In this document: positions 40,001-51,794 of the stretch, piece by piece
Position numbering within the stretch: position 1 is the stretch's first letter
Layout: every line of letters begins with the position of its first letter
DNA from: Phoronis australis
Taxonomy: Eukaryota; Animalia; Phoronida
Assembly (NCBI GenBank): GCA_002633005.1
Contig: NMRA01000246.1
Location: 543,598 to 607,597 of the forward strand
Length of the DNA stretch: 64,000 nucleotides
Reading direction: 5' to 3'
Position numbers and translations under genes: made by a program
The notes under the pieces: model-generated
What the model saw: only the letters and a program-made list of their open reading frames with translations
Database searches by the model: none
Told to the model about the DNA's origin: nothing

Positions 40001-43000
40001 TTAGAATCGAAAAGGTAATCTTTCTTACATTTTAAAACAGTTACTTACAATTTTGATACCGAATGCCCTGGAAAAGAATTTCATGCAGTCCACAGTATAT
40101 TACCTTTTTCGCACAAGCAGGATCCAACATCGAATTTTTTCCCATTTAAGCACGTGACTTTCGTGTACCGCTGGTTGTTTACCAGTAGCCAGTACGAGTA
40201 AGGATCGTTGTCAATTACTTCACGAGTCCAGCCATTAAGAACGCAAGTCTCTGGAATAATGACAATAGACTTAGTAATGTTTTCGCACGCTAGACCTATA
40301 AAAACAACGCAGTCACGCAGCCTTCCTGGGGCGCGCGTATACGTTATTTTCAAACTGGACTACGGTTCGTAAATGTCTGTTGCAACTTTAAATACAGTAT
40401 ACCTCGGACAATCCGTCATGACATAAATCGTCTTTTGAATGTGACGACGCATTATGTCACCACCGATTTATTTGCCATTTTAATGCATGTAACTCACGGT
40501 TCCTAATTCGTCCCGACCTATTCCGTCCTCACTTATCCCTTGTATTTCAGTCAGAATCATGTTATATATATACTTACATTCTACGTTTCTTGTACACACC
40601 GCCACAAGTTTTGTTGTACGGAAATATAGGTATTTTCACTTTTATTTTTTTTTTTCTTTCATAATTTTATTCTTCGATAATATACATTGATAATTTTTAA
40701 AGGGTGAAAGGGTGAACAAGGAAAAGGGGCAAGGACTTTCACTCACACACTCGTACACTCATTCACACACTTCATCATTTAATGATAATACCACTAAACA
40801 ATATATGAGTTAAGTATAATACAGATATTACAGATTCATTGCATGGCAGCACTGAGGCTCTCCCACATTTTAACATTAATATTGTCCGGTTCTTTTTGTT
40901 TTTGAAAATTAACTATTGAAATTTTAATATATTTTGACATGAATATTTTAAGGGCAGACCAATCTGGATGCAAGTGCTGTTGGCTACGTAAATAAATAAA
41001 ATATTGGGCGATAGTGATAACATAATTAATCAACAGGGAGAATTCAGAACCTAAATGGCAAAACATGATTTCATTTTTGGTTATTCTGACTTCTTCCTTA
41101 AGGGAAGATGTCAAAATATCCTGAACATTAATCAACAATCTTTGCACTACATCACAAAGGAAAAACATGTGTTCAGTACTCTGTACTAGATTACAATAGG
41201 GACATTTATCTGAATTAACAATCTTCATCTTATATAACAAAGAGTTAGTATACACTCTGTTATGTAACAACATATACTTAAAAGATNATTAAAGGCGAAG
41301 GCAACCTTTTTCCATGTCATTTTGAGCTAAAATTAGGTTGGTTGGTTATCCTAGACATATTTTTCACTTAATTACAGCTTTTCGTAATTTTATTAATTAT
41401 TCGTCCGCTTTTCCGGAAGTGACGTTTTAGGAGGCAAGCGCTTCCCGCCAATTTCTTTTCACATAGTCTGACTGTGAGAGCTGCCGAGTCAGTCATTGTT
41501 CTACCTCGGTTGTGTTAAGTTCCGTCGTCGTTCGCTTTCATTTACTAGTCAGTCAACATGCCATACTGTTGCTGCGTACCGGGATGTACTAATTATCGTC
41601 TCACGCGCGCTTTGGGAGTATCTTTGCATCGCTTTCCGATGGATGACACACTTCGCCGTACGTGGCTCGTTCGTGTGAAGAACGCAGCGTTACCCGTCCA
41701 TGCAACGTACAAAGCAGTCGAGTATTACCGTGTGTGTGGCAAACACTTTCTGCCGTCCGATTACGAAAGGGATTTGTACGCTGAACTGATGAAGGTCCCT
41801 GCGAAACAACGCCTGAAGCAGGGTGCCATTCCGTCTGTGTTGATTCCCGGCAGTGCCCCGTCGCCACCCACGAGATGTGCGTTTTTGAAGCGAGATTTAG
41901 CCTCGCGAGCTGTGGCCAGTACAGTGACTGAACCCAGCGGAGGCACTTCATCTACTGTCACCCGTGCCTCCGAACGTACCCCAGAGCGTGCCATTCCTGG
42001 AACCAGTAGTGATTCGCCCTGTGCTGTTTTCTCCAGCCCAGAGCCTCTAAGCAGCCCTGCAGCGAGTGATTACAGGCCCAGTTCGACACCCAGTGAAGAT
42101 GAGAGTTCGTCGTCCAGTGAACAGATCGGTGAGCCAAACTGTTAAGTTTATTGTGGACTTGCCTAAAATGTTGGAGCTATTTAGAAGGTTCCAGGTGTGT
42201 GGCGAGGGAGTCACACGACACGATGTAAGCAGTTTGGGTGCTCAGGTCACCATCCAGTGGGAGTGTGTCGCGGGACACTCTGGCAAGTGGGACAGGTGTT
42301 CCTCTGCCCGTGGTATGCCGGAGGTCCAGTAGTGGCTTGGCCTCGTCGAACTCTGAACAGCACAAGCATTCCATTGAAGTAGGCATAAAACACACACAGT
42401 GCATTTGCACCAAGATGTGTCACCACGTCTGTCCTCAATAGCCACCTCGTTTCTCTCAACAGCTGTCTGTGCCCTGTGCGTACTCTGCCTCGTTATACTC
42501 GGGCTCAAACATGTACCCACCCACGCAATGTCCGTGAAAAATTCCTCGTCACCACTGCTGTGAACAAGGTCTCCGTCACTAACACTACTGTCACTGTTAT
42601 ACTGGTCACCGAGTCCAGCCATTTTCAGCTTACAACACTCTAAACAATCCCTAAATCCAACATAGTTGAGTTCTCTACTAACCTATGTTGCCGCAGAATA
42701 CTCGCCGATGGAAAGTGGTGGCGACAATTGTTGAAAAACAGCACAAAACAAAAGTAGAACAGAACAGATTCGCACGGTAAACTCAACGCAAAACCAAGTG
42801 GCTGGAAACGCTTGCCTCCTAAAACGTCACTTCCGAAGTAGCGGACGAGTAATTAATAAAATTACGAAAAGATGTGATTAAGTGGAAAATATGTCTAGGA
42901 TAACCAACCAACCTTATTTTAGCTCAAAATGACATAAAAAGGTTGCCTTCGCCTTTAATGCACAAACAACCACCTACATGAGAAACGTTCCCGAGAACTA

Positions 43001-46000
43001 GATCTTGTAGTTTCAAGGGTCGTACATCCACAATGAGCGAAACAACTTTAAAATCTTTTACTCGGTAAAGTGCGCTTCTGAACCCAACCTGCACTGCACT
43101 TTGATTACATAGGGCTGTGACAACATGTACCTCATGAGACTTTTTACCTGCTATTTCATCAAAAGAAGAACTAAGTCATCTCCGCGCTAGTCAGTTAGGG
43201 ATGTGATTAGCGCGGTCATGTCTTCGAAGTTGGTCCGGATGAAACTGTCAAACAATCAATTCGTCGTGTCCGCCTTGGATCCAAAAGTGGTGGATTGTGC
43301 AAAGACGGCTTGTGAACATTTAGCTAACCTCATGCCTTCGGAAAATGAATTCATCCCCCAGAGATAAAGATCATTTTTAATCCAATACTGCTGTGCAGAT
43401 TATACACATACAAAGTCATCCATGAGCCGAATTCATCGCGAAGAAAGTGTGTCGTCATGGTGATTTATTGATAATTAATTAATTTCGTGTTGTAAATGTA
43501 AATGCTAAATACAATTAATTGGTGCAAATGATTGGCCATTATCATACATCTCCAGCTGCATGTACGATGTTGTAAACCCCAGTCCCGGATTAGCAGGCGG
43601 ATAAACCCGGTCTGTGGATTTACATGCATTTTTTTCGTGTGCTAACTTAAGCATACTGTGACGCTTTTTATGCCGTTTGTTGTTACAAGGTGGCGCGTTT
43701 TGATTGACTTTGCGATTGCAACGAATTCAATTAAGTGTATTGCTTTATGTATCTAATATTGAACTGACACAAGTTCAGGGACTAAGCTTACAATAGTGAC
43801 ATGACGGTATTTCAGAAGTCCTGTCTTACGTAAAATGAATTAAATTCAGGACATTTAAAAATACATATGAATACAGTTTTTACACAACATTTGACTCAAT
43901 CGACAATCTAAGCACTGAATTTAAGACTTTTGCCGATAATAATTTACGATCTTTTTATTGGAATTCTTCATGATTTTGTCCTACGTTTTGGTATCATTGT
44001 GTCGTTGAATTTATACTGAACCCATTTTCTCACCCTTTATCTCCACCTGGTCCTTTGTTGTGCTCATTTGTCCACTGGTCGTGGTTTCAACACTTTCGCA
44101 CGTGTCGCTGCAGTTATTTTGTTGGCACTGTTGCGCTGCCTCGTTAAACCCATAGCCGGGCGTAGTACAGCACTTCTGGGTAATGGGATTGCTGCACACC
44201 GCGTATTTGGAGCAACCACCTGAAAGCGCCTGTTTCTCAACTGGAATGGCAATGAGAGAACATGAACACCACTGGTGTAGGAACCGCGAAGAAGGTCACC
44301 AAAGAAGCTCTTCACTAATCTTACGCAATCTACTGGAAGAGAAAACAGTAACTGTCGTTTTGTGTAACATGCCTTAATTATGAGATTGTTTGCTTCTGCA
44401 AACATGATAACCAACAGAGCTATATCAGGAGCTCATTGTGATAAGCAAGCCAAACAAATATAAAACTGTCTCATGACCCGTAAGTTGGAATGTCGCTGTG
44501 AGGGAGTCCCTGCAGCCAGGACAGTGGCGACAAAATGTGTCATCAGTCACATTTACGATCTTTTGCTACTGTTTTGGCAACCGCTGGTTATCCTCAGGTC
44601 ACTAAACCTAACTCATCGTAAAATAATTACATGAAGAGTGTCTATTTAGCAACACATGTAGGCTTAATTGATAGGTTTGACCACTTATTTCAAGCTGCCG
44701 TGGAGTGATTTTTCCATTTGGCGATAGCAAAAAGAACAACAGATTGTCAGCAATTTTTACACGAACGGTTTATTATTGCATTTTTGTTGATTGTTTCACA
44801 CTTCAGCACATCTGCTCAAAAAGTACAAAGGTAATGTTACGTAGGCTTATTGGAGCAAACTGAGAGTTTTGTTCACTTAGTGTACGTCATGATTTAGTCG
44901 GTGTCCGCTTAACTTAGTCGTCCACACGGTTCTGTAAGCTTGAGAGCGAGGACAGGGTACGTGCTGTACAGTGGGAGAACAATGGACCAGGGGGTTGGCA
45001 TGGTCTTTCCTGCTACACCGTCAACAACGCTTTCTCATACCCAGGGCGTTTCTATTATGAATCAATTTTTTCGCGTTTCAATTCTCCCAATCGACTGTCA
45101 CGTAAACTCGGCGCAATCCTATATAGATATTTTTGCATGTAGTAAGTAGGACTCAAAGTTATGGATTCAAAAATATTTTGAATACCAGGTAGTAATGCAT
45201 TCGATTATGTCATAGACAAAATTTTGCGTCGAACAAGCTGCGTGTTTTCTTGATCCAGTTGTACTGATGACTGCAGAATCAGCAGGACTTGGGCCTGAAC
45301 GTGCAGTGACTGTGCTACCCGGCTGTGCACTAGTAAAGATGAACAAAAATCAAGATAAATGACATAGGCTCATTCTGTTTTATTTTTTATTTTTTTTTAA
45401 TCGACCTTTTTAGTTTCAATGAGCTCAATGGACGAAAAACTGGAGAACGTTGGATTAATTCCCAACCACAGTACCAACAGAGGCACTAGCAGCTGGATTA
45501 TTCCCGGACACTCATAGTGCTGTAGTGGGGCGTAGGCGCACGTAGGCGCAGCCAACCACCTTTTGGCATTTGAACGTATCGCCTACGCACCGTAAGTTGC
45601 GTTCAGTCCTCAAAGTGATACAGTGGGCTTTGGGCGCCTACTTACCTCGAATTTTACCACTACAGCACTGGACACTCATTGCAAGTCTCACGAAGTGAGC
45701 ATGGAGAAAAGTAAGTTACAGAGGAATAGTACGGAAAGTCAAACCGAAAAAATCGAATACAATTTTTTCACGCACGAAAAAATAAAAGCATTATTTTCAC
45801 TGTGCAGAACCAAAAAATTAGGTCAGATTTAGCTGGTGTGAAAACGATACTATTGATGCCGAGTTCCAGGCCTGCATGGCGCTTCCATTGTGCCATTACA
45901 CATCATTGCCACTTACTTGGAGAGACACCTGTCGGACACTGAGCGTCCTCGTAACGCACGCATGTGACATCGTTGTCGTTCCAGTAAGTGCACGGCGCAC

Positions 46001-49000
46001 AAGCTCTCTTATTTGCTATGATTGTTCCATCCGCCGCTTCACTGCACTGAAAATATGTAGAGCAGTGGAAGGGATTGGGGAAGTATTCACGACCACTCCG
46101 TTGGACTAGGCACTCGCGACACCAATCTGAAATGAGAGCACGCCGCGCAGACTTTTGACTATTTCCATTTAAGCAGCAATAGCATTAAAGTTGCGTTATC
46201 CTTGTTTTTTGCCATTTTTGCTTCACTTTGAATTGTATGTTATTAAAATAAACAAGACTTTTTTCTGTGTTTCGATCAAGTTTATCCTTAAGCACATTGT
46301 GGTATAACATTGCAGAAGTGGTTGGTCGGATTCATGTTAAACTTCCAGATTCTGTACTTTGTTCACTGCTCTTCAAAACGCTGGCAGGAAACGTTTTAGT
46401 CACTTACATCAGTGAGGAGCTATCAGAAAATAGGATTTCATGAATTTTTTGAAAAAACAAAAGCTGCATAAAAGAGAAACGAGATAATTATTAATAAAAC
46501 TGCGTTGCACTTTTTCGAGTTGAAATGTACAGGCAAGTTTGTAGGTATTTTGTTTAATGCACAGGCCTGTCGTTGAGGTACTACATAACCATAAATTTCC
46601 CGCTATTAGTGTTTGAGAATGCTTTGGCAACTTTTGTGCTTGGATCAATGATAAGTATTTTGTTCGATGTATAACACACAAAACATTCAGATTAGTTTAA
46701 ATTTTAACCGTCCAATTCGCCAAACTCGTATCCAGCAACTTTACGTAATTCAAAATTGTTAGTTTGTGCAAACTTCTTGTATTTTTTCGATCGTACGAAA
46801 AAAATCATCAAAAGTCGGGATTGAAAGTATGTAGCAACGTTCATACTGTTAGTAAATACATGTAAGTATATTTTTATTATAAACCGGACGATCGGCGCAC
46901 AAATAAAAAAGTTTATGTTCAATTCAATGTTTCGTCTTTTCATTAGACATCATCAGCAATTTAGGACAAAAAGTGCAGTGCCAACATACAGGTAACATCC
47001 ATAGAGTGAAGAGAGAGATACATAGAATGTAGTCAGTAGCTGGTCATCACCATAGTTGCAGGGTCACTGAGCTCTGATCCTGATGACGTCTAACGAAAAG
47101 ACGAAACGTTGAATTGAACATGAACTTTTTATTTGTGCGGCGATCGTCCGGTTTTTAATCTTATTGTGGCCAAAAACTGATTTAATTAATTTTTATTATA
47201 GTGACAGGTATACGTGGAATAAAGCAACAGGTAACAAAACGGGAACACCCAGCCCACCACGGGACTTATAACTTACTTTAGACACATGAAAATAGTGTAC
47301 ACGCATTGCATCACAAGCAACAGGGTCAAAAAGAAAACACAGTGATAGAGTGACCATACAGAAATTAATATCATAACAATGCTAACAACCATCTTATCGA
47401 TGAAATCGAATATAAGCCTACAAGTGAGTAATACAAACAGTTAGGCTTGGAGATTTGTTCGACTCGTGTAGTCAGGACCGCCGCATGTGTTTCTTTGTGT
47501 AAGAATCAAAAACATTACGAGAATTGATGAAAAAATTCCTAATTCGGAATTGTGGAATTTGCAGGGATGGGTGGTTTGTGTTTATCAATAGATAAGCACT
47601 GCCAGATACCGCATGCATATTACCTGCAGCGTCTAAACAGTCTTCATTGTCACAGCCGTCTGGAATGTTCCGTCCTGAAATAAACAAGAAGCGGGCTGAT
47701 TAACGGGTGAAACTGCCGAGCCAAAAACACTGAATCTCGCTTTAATGAATGAAATTCCTTTTCGAAAAATCCGGAACTACATAAAAGCGAGAGAATGCGC
47801 AAAAGGCCGGAGTCCAAGATATTCTGGCGTAGAAATTTTATGGTGAATTAAAACTATCAGAGATGAGATTTTTCAGTGCATTGTGAAGAAAATAAAGTTA
47901 CATGATGAAACGATAACGACGTTTCGAATAAACTACTCATTCTTTATCAGGAGAATGGTGACTTAAAGACTATAGGGCTGAAAGTCCGGGTTTTTTGAAA
48001 AGACCACGTACGGAAAATTACCTTAGTGGTTGAACTTTCGCACTCTCTTCAAAAGGTGAACAATTTTTCCTTAAGTGGCAACACTAAGAATGAGTGCTAA
48101 TTCCCCACAGATATAGGGACTACCAAGAATGTCATTGGTGCTGATACTAGTAGGGACAAAAAGCCACGTAGAGGCAATTACATCAAACGGGTATTATGGT
48201 TGAAGACGTAGCTATTACATGTGTCAGCTGAAATCATTTACCTGCGACAGCTCGTGAATGACTTGGGACATAAATTTGCGAGAAAATGCGCCCATAAACA
48301 AATTTTGCATGCATGTCTGTTCACTGTCTCCCCAAGCTGTGACTGCTGGCGTCAAATAGCAAACACAGCATGTTGGTGGTCCCATGTGCGTGGGAATTTA
48401 ATGAGGTGTTGGCGACTGATGAAACTAAGTTGATATTAATTCAAAGCAAAAATATCACTAGACCCGACTGTCTCAAGTGCTGAAAGTCGTTGTTTTGTTG
48501 CTAAGAAATTGCGAAAGTCCCACGAAACACTTGCACAAGGTATATGCAACCTCCCAAATCTTTCCGGTTGTTTGTGAGATGTAATAGCAAATTATCTGGG
48601 AAAATTGAAAATTGTTGTTTACTGAAAACTCGAATACTTTCCCATGAGGGAGGAGTGGTTACCATTAAGAAAGGTTTGTTGCAATTCCTTTGAGAAGACG
48701 ATATTTAGTCCCTTACTGGTGCTTTTGAGAATTTTCAGCTAGAAAAATAGCTTTGATAACCTTGTCCAGGGGCGGCAAGCCAAGGGAAAGCTCAGGACCG
48801 TGCACAACTTGTCAATAGTTCTGGTGACGATGGAGGGAAGATTGTGGGACCAGGACAGCTCAAAATATTAGGGTCCTTAAATATTTTGTAGCCTAGAAGA
48901 CAAGACAAATCTTAATCCGTGGTATCGGACAATCAGATGTAGGTGTATTGAATCACACAAACAATTGAAGCAGCCTCAAAAAACATTGAATTATATGTAA

Positions 49001-51358
49001 AACCGCAACTCATTTGCACGAGCATTGAATTATCCGCACAAGCCTCTTTATTCCGCCAACAGACTGACTGGCTGGAGGATGTAAACCTAAAAATTATCGC
49101 ATTTCACACATGAAGGTGCTAGACACGTGCACAAAGGTCATATGGTTGTGAATTTTGCTGACTGACCTCGCCATGAAACTCAGTACATGTATATAAGTAA
49201 ACCTAGCTGAATTCATAAACGGGGCACAATTTTCCTTTCTGAAATCGGTATCCATTTAGGACATAAGTTTTTAATTTATGGAGAAACATCATGCAAAACC
49301 ATAAATCAAACTTAGGACTTTTCGAATTTTGAACGCTTTCACGGCAATCACACTGAAAGAAAAGTTGCGTCGGAACGCGTAAGAATTTTAGTCACAATTT
49401 TTACTGTTTAGGTATTCTCAAATTTCACAACTTTGAAATTGTGTGCTGGCATTTCAAAAAGTGTTGATCGTAATCACGCTCGTAATTACGACCGAGTCGT
49501 CGCTCGTGGTTCAGGACCGTAATCGATATGTCGTCCATAACTGCGCTCGTAATTTTAAGCTCGTATATTTCGCTCGAAATTTTGCGCTCGTAATTATACG
49601 CTCGTACTTTTAGCAAGACGTCTTTGAGTCCACGAGACCAGCCATTCAAATAACATTCAGTTATTTTGTGGTGCAAATAGTTTGCCATTCAAATGTCTTG
49701 AATATAGAAAGAGTAATTTACCACCAATATTTAGAAATTACATCACCCCCTCCCTCCAAAAATATTGAAAAACATGGTAATTTTAACAAAAAAATGCTGT
49801 CAGACAACCTGCTAGATGTATATTTTGTCACTTCATTATACAGTAAGAAGCACCATATCCAATGGAGTGGGATGTCTCTGTAGTAACTACGAGTTTAATT
49901 ACGGGCGACACTTTTACTCGACGGGCGCACGATGAACACTTTCTCCCGAACGGCCTACGATAAGAGCTTATGTAACCATACAGATCCATTTCACAATGGA
50001 TATAACGATTACGGTCGTAAAACACGAGCGAAGTCGCGATCGTAATTACGAGCGTAATTACAGGAGCACATTCCCTCGAACAACCTGCGACAAGTGTTGC
50101 CTGCAATAATGCTCGTAATTAAGACCGAGATTTCACTAGTGTTTTGCGGCCGTAATCGTTATCACCAGCATCGTGCGCTGTGTGGCTATCACTGTTTCTC
50201 ATTTGATTTCCTACTGTTGGGTTATTTATCTGAACTCTATCTAATTAAGCTAAGCCCGTTTTCAATGTGCAAAACCAAATACCACCAAGTGGCGGTGGAC
50301 AGGAATGTTCATCCATGAACAACCCTGCCCATGTGGCACATACTGAGCCACAACACCACGTTCCTTACAATATCTCTTTTTATCACTCCGGCTGGTCTGC
50401 TCACTCAGCTTGTCCGGAACCTGTTTTGCAGGTTGTTATAGCCCAGTTGGCTGTTTGATGTACCCACTTGGTACTTTATTATATATTTGCTCATTTGGCT
50501 GTTGTACCCATTGGTACTTGTTATTGAATTTGCCGTTTTGCTCGACCCAGTTGGTAGGCAATCGGCCAATACCCATTTGGTATTATGGACCCATTTGGTA
50601 CTATGCTAACCTGTGCCACTTAATATTCGACACTCAATTACACATTGGGTATCGTAAATGTGTGTGTTATCTCTTGTAATTAAGGAACCCTTATGTGAAA
50701 TATTCATTTGTTGAGCTGTGACCCTGAAATTCCCAATACAACCTAAAATATATATTATTGTTGTTGTTTTATTTGTCCCCAATAAACTTGTTTGATCGTG
50801 TTTTGTAACCCCTGTACTCTGGAAACATTTTGTTTTCAAGCGCGACCCAACTCGAGGAAACTCTTTGTTTGTAAACAAAAGTTTGGCAGTGTGGAGTGTT
50901 TGCCAAACGTGACCAAACAATTTGGCATAATATGCTAAAAAATTGTCCGAGACAGTTAGTGTTTGTGATCATGACGGTTACAAAGTCAAAAAAGTCTACA
51001 CAGGTAGACAACCATCATTTTGCTTGCAAACTTTGCCAAACTGTTTGGTCATGTTTGACAATCGTCTTCACAAGTAAACTTGTTTGCTGACAACGAGTTT
51101 GCCAGTGTTGATCGCGCTTATCAATTAACATGGTTCGCACGTACGATTCAGTGGCCGGGATTGTGAGGTTTGTTGAGAGCGCACTGTTGTTGCCTGGCAT
51201 CCGTGTGTTGTTGTTGAATTTTGTTATCCAAACTGATACATAGCGTGCAATAGTAATATTAGTAATATTCATGACGCCTGTCCAGTATTACCAAATAGTT
51301 ACTTACCATAGGATATAGACACCACCACAAACCCGAGAATTGCGACCAACAGTTTCAT
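37008..51358 (-). CDS. Secreted chitin-binding type-2 (CBM14) + laminin G/ConA-like domain protein (Pif/BMSP/LamG3-like matrix protein); terminal exon not resolved
   Basis: Phase-compatible GT-AG exons: 51358-51307 (signal peptide MKLLVAILGFVVVSISYG), 47674-47624, 46126-45917 (CBM14: YFPNPFHCSTYFQC...KRACAPCTYWNDNDVTCV), 44219-44034 (GCSKYAVCSNPITQKCCTTPGYGFNEAAQQC), 40250-40104 (DPYSYW...VTCLNGKKFDVGSCLC), 39640-39392 (CLDFWASFD...NGTAYFD...SIEIPLYKNSDYG...VALWFK...TNGDC), 38543-38446, 37196-37008 (NEWHFIALSYDGAMVSLYVDN...FTGYMDE). A possible extra exon at ~45190-45330 and a last exon at ~36755-36885 are uncertain. Confidence 0.82.
37889..37948. repeat. 15-bp tandem repeat x4 (AATATTTTATTACCT)
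   Basis: Directly visible; it produces the LLPNI repeats in ORF 37880..38080. Confidence 0.9.
40637..41280 (-). mobile_element. 3' end of an L1/Tx1-clade LINE (zf-RVT-like zinc finger, 3' UTR, poly(A) tail)
   Basis: LLHNRVYTNSLLYKMKIVNSDKCPYCNLVQSTEHMFFLCDVV...LINYVITIAQYFIY (C-x2-C...H-x4-C motif); the T-run at ~40637-40660 is a poly(A) tail on the minus strand. Confidence 0.85.
41558..42332 (+). pseudogene. N-terminal part of Kolobok transposase: THAP zinc finger followed by a frameshifted Cys/His-rich segment; catalytic domain deleted
   Basis: MPYCCCVPGCTN...SLHRFPMDDTLRRTWLVRVK...YRVCGKHFLPSDY...RLKQGAIPSV is a canonical THAP domain (C2CH plus AVPT-like box). It continues in another frame as KFIVDLPKMLELFRRFQVCG...GAQVTIQWECVAGHSGKW...GMP. 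Confidence 0.85.
42325..42622 (-). pseudogene. KolX-like ORF start (P2X7 C-terminal ballast/nanor-like Cys cluster), frameshifted and truncated
   Basis: Acidic N-terminus, then RRGDTSWCKC (ORF 42242..42622) joined by a frameshift to MPTSMECLCCSE (ORF 42177..42413), giving the WCxC..C..MPT..ECLCC.E motif. Confidence 0.72.
45515..45670. mobile_element. 156-bp hAT-type MITE
   Basis: TIRs TAGTGCTGTAGTGG / CCACTACAGCACTG with a perfect 8-bp TSD GACACTCA (45507-45514 and 45671-45678). Confidence 0.85.
46881..47154. repeat. Inverted repeat pair (~75-bp arms), each with a minimal hammerhead-ribozyme-like core (Penelope-like element termini?)
   Basis: Arms 46881-46956 and 47080-47154. The plus copy reads CTGATGAC-GTCT-AACGAAA-AGAC-GAAACGTT-GAATT; the minus copy reads AATTG-CTGATGAT-GTCT-AATGAAA-AGAC-GAAACATT-GAATT. 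Confidence 0.6.
49461..50163. mobile_element. Foldback/MITE-like element with long imperfect inverted arms built from CTCGTAATTACG-type units
   Basis: 49461-~49620 is the approximate reverse complement of ~49880-50070 (GTAATCACGCTCGTAATTACGACC...GACCGTAATCG); a third partial arm lies at ~50095-50163. Confidence 0.65.
50838..51120. mobile_element. Degenerate palindromic MITE
   Basis: Left AAGCGCGACCCAAC...CAAACGTGACCAAACAATTTGGCA mirrors right TGCCAAACTGTTTGGTCATGTTTG...GTTGATCGCGCTT. Confidence 0.6.
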
Positions 51359-51714
51359 GTTGTCTGAAAAAGGGAGTCGTGGCCTTATGTCTTACAAAAA
51401 ACGGACAATGAAAACTTCTGCGTCACATTCTGCAGGAATACAAAATTTCCTGAACAACTTGCATCAACGTGAAAGTCCACGAAATGTGGCACTTTGTAAT
51501 GTTAGGTCAAGATGTGTCAATACCTCACCAAATAAAATATGTCATAAAACAAAAATGTTCAACTACAGAAGTTGAAACTGAGACAGTAACAATCGTTGAG
51601 CTCATTGTGTGTTACTTTTATTTCAAAAGCTTAATTTTTTAGCTTTACAAAGTCGTTCCTAAATTTTAGGGTGCCGAACAAAAAACATCTAAAGTATTCG
51701 AAGAAAACGCTTAC

Positions 51715-51794
51715 CAAGATGACGACCCAATCCTTCTATTAGTCGAATTGCTTGTAAAAGGAATGACACGGTATGTTCAGCTTGCTGTTTTATA
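51715..51794 (-). promoter_or_regulatory. TATA box, initiator and short 5' UTR exon of the CBM14-LamG gene
   Basis: Minus strand: TATAAAA at 51794-51788, Inr TCATTC at 51766-51761 (+1 A is 30 nt from the first T of the TATA box), donor TTG|gtaagc at 51715, and acceptor ttttcag|ACAACATG just before the signal-peptide exon. Confidence 0.7.

Larger units (their letters stand above)
41293..42954 (+). mobile_element. Internally deleted Kolobok DNA transposon
   Basis: ~160-bp TIRs (AGGCGAAGGCAACCTTTT...GGAAGTGACGTTTTAGGAGGCAAGCG), TTAA on both sides (41289-41292 and 42955-42958), AGG...CCT termini, and convergent THAP-transposase and KolX-like ORF starts. Confidence 0.88.

Noticed and set aside
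41558-42145. Host THAP-domain transcription factor gene
   Set aside because: It lies within TIRs and a TTAA duplication, so it is transposon-derived.
45187-45330. Additional exon of the CBM14-LamG gene (…ACSTQNFVYDIIEC…)
   Set aside because: It looks Cys-module-like, but I could not assign confident phase-compatible splice sites, so it was left out of the model.
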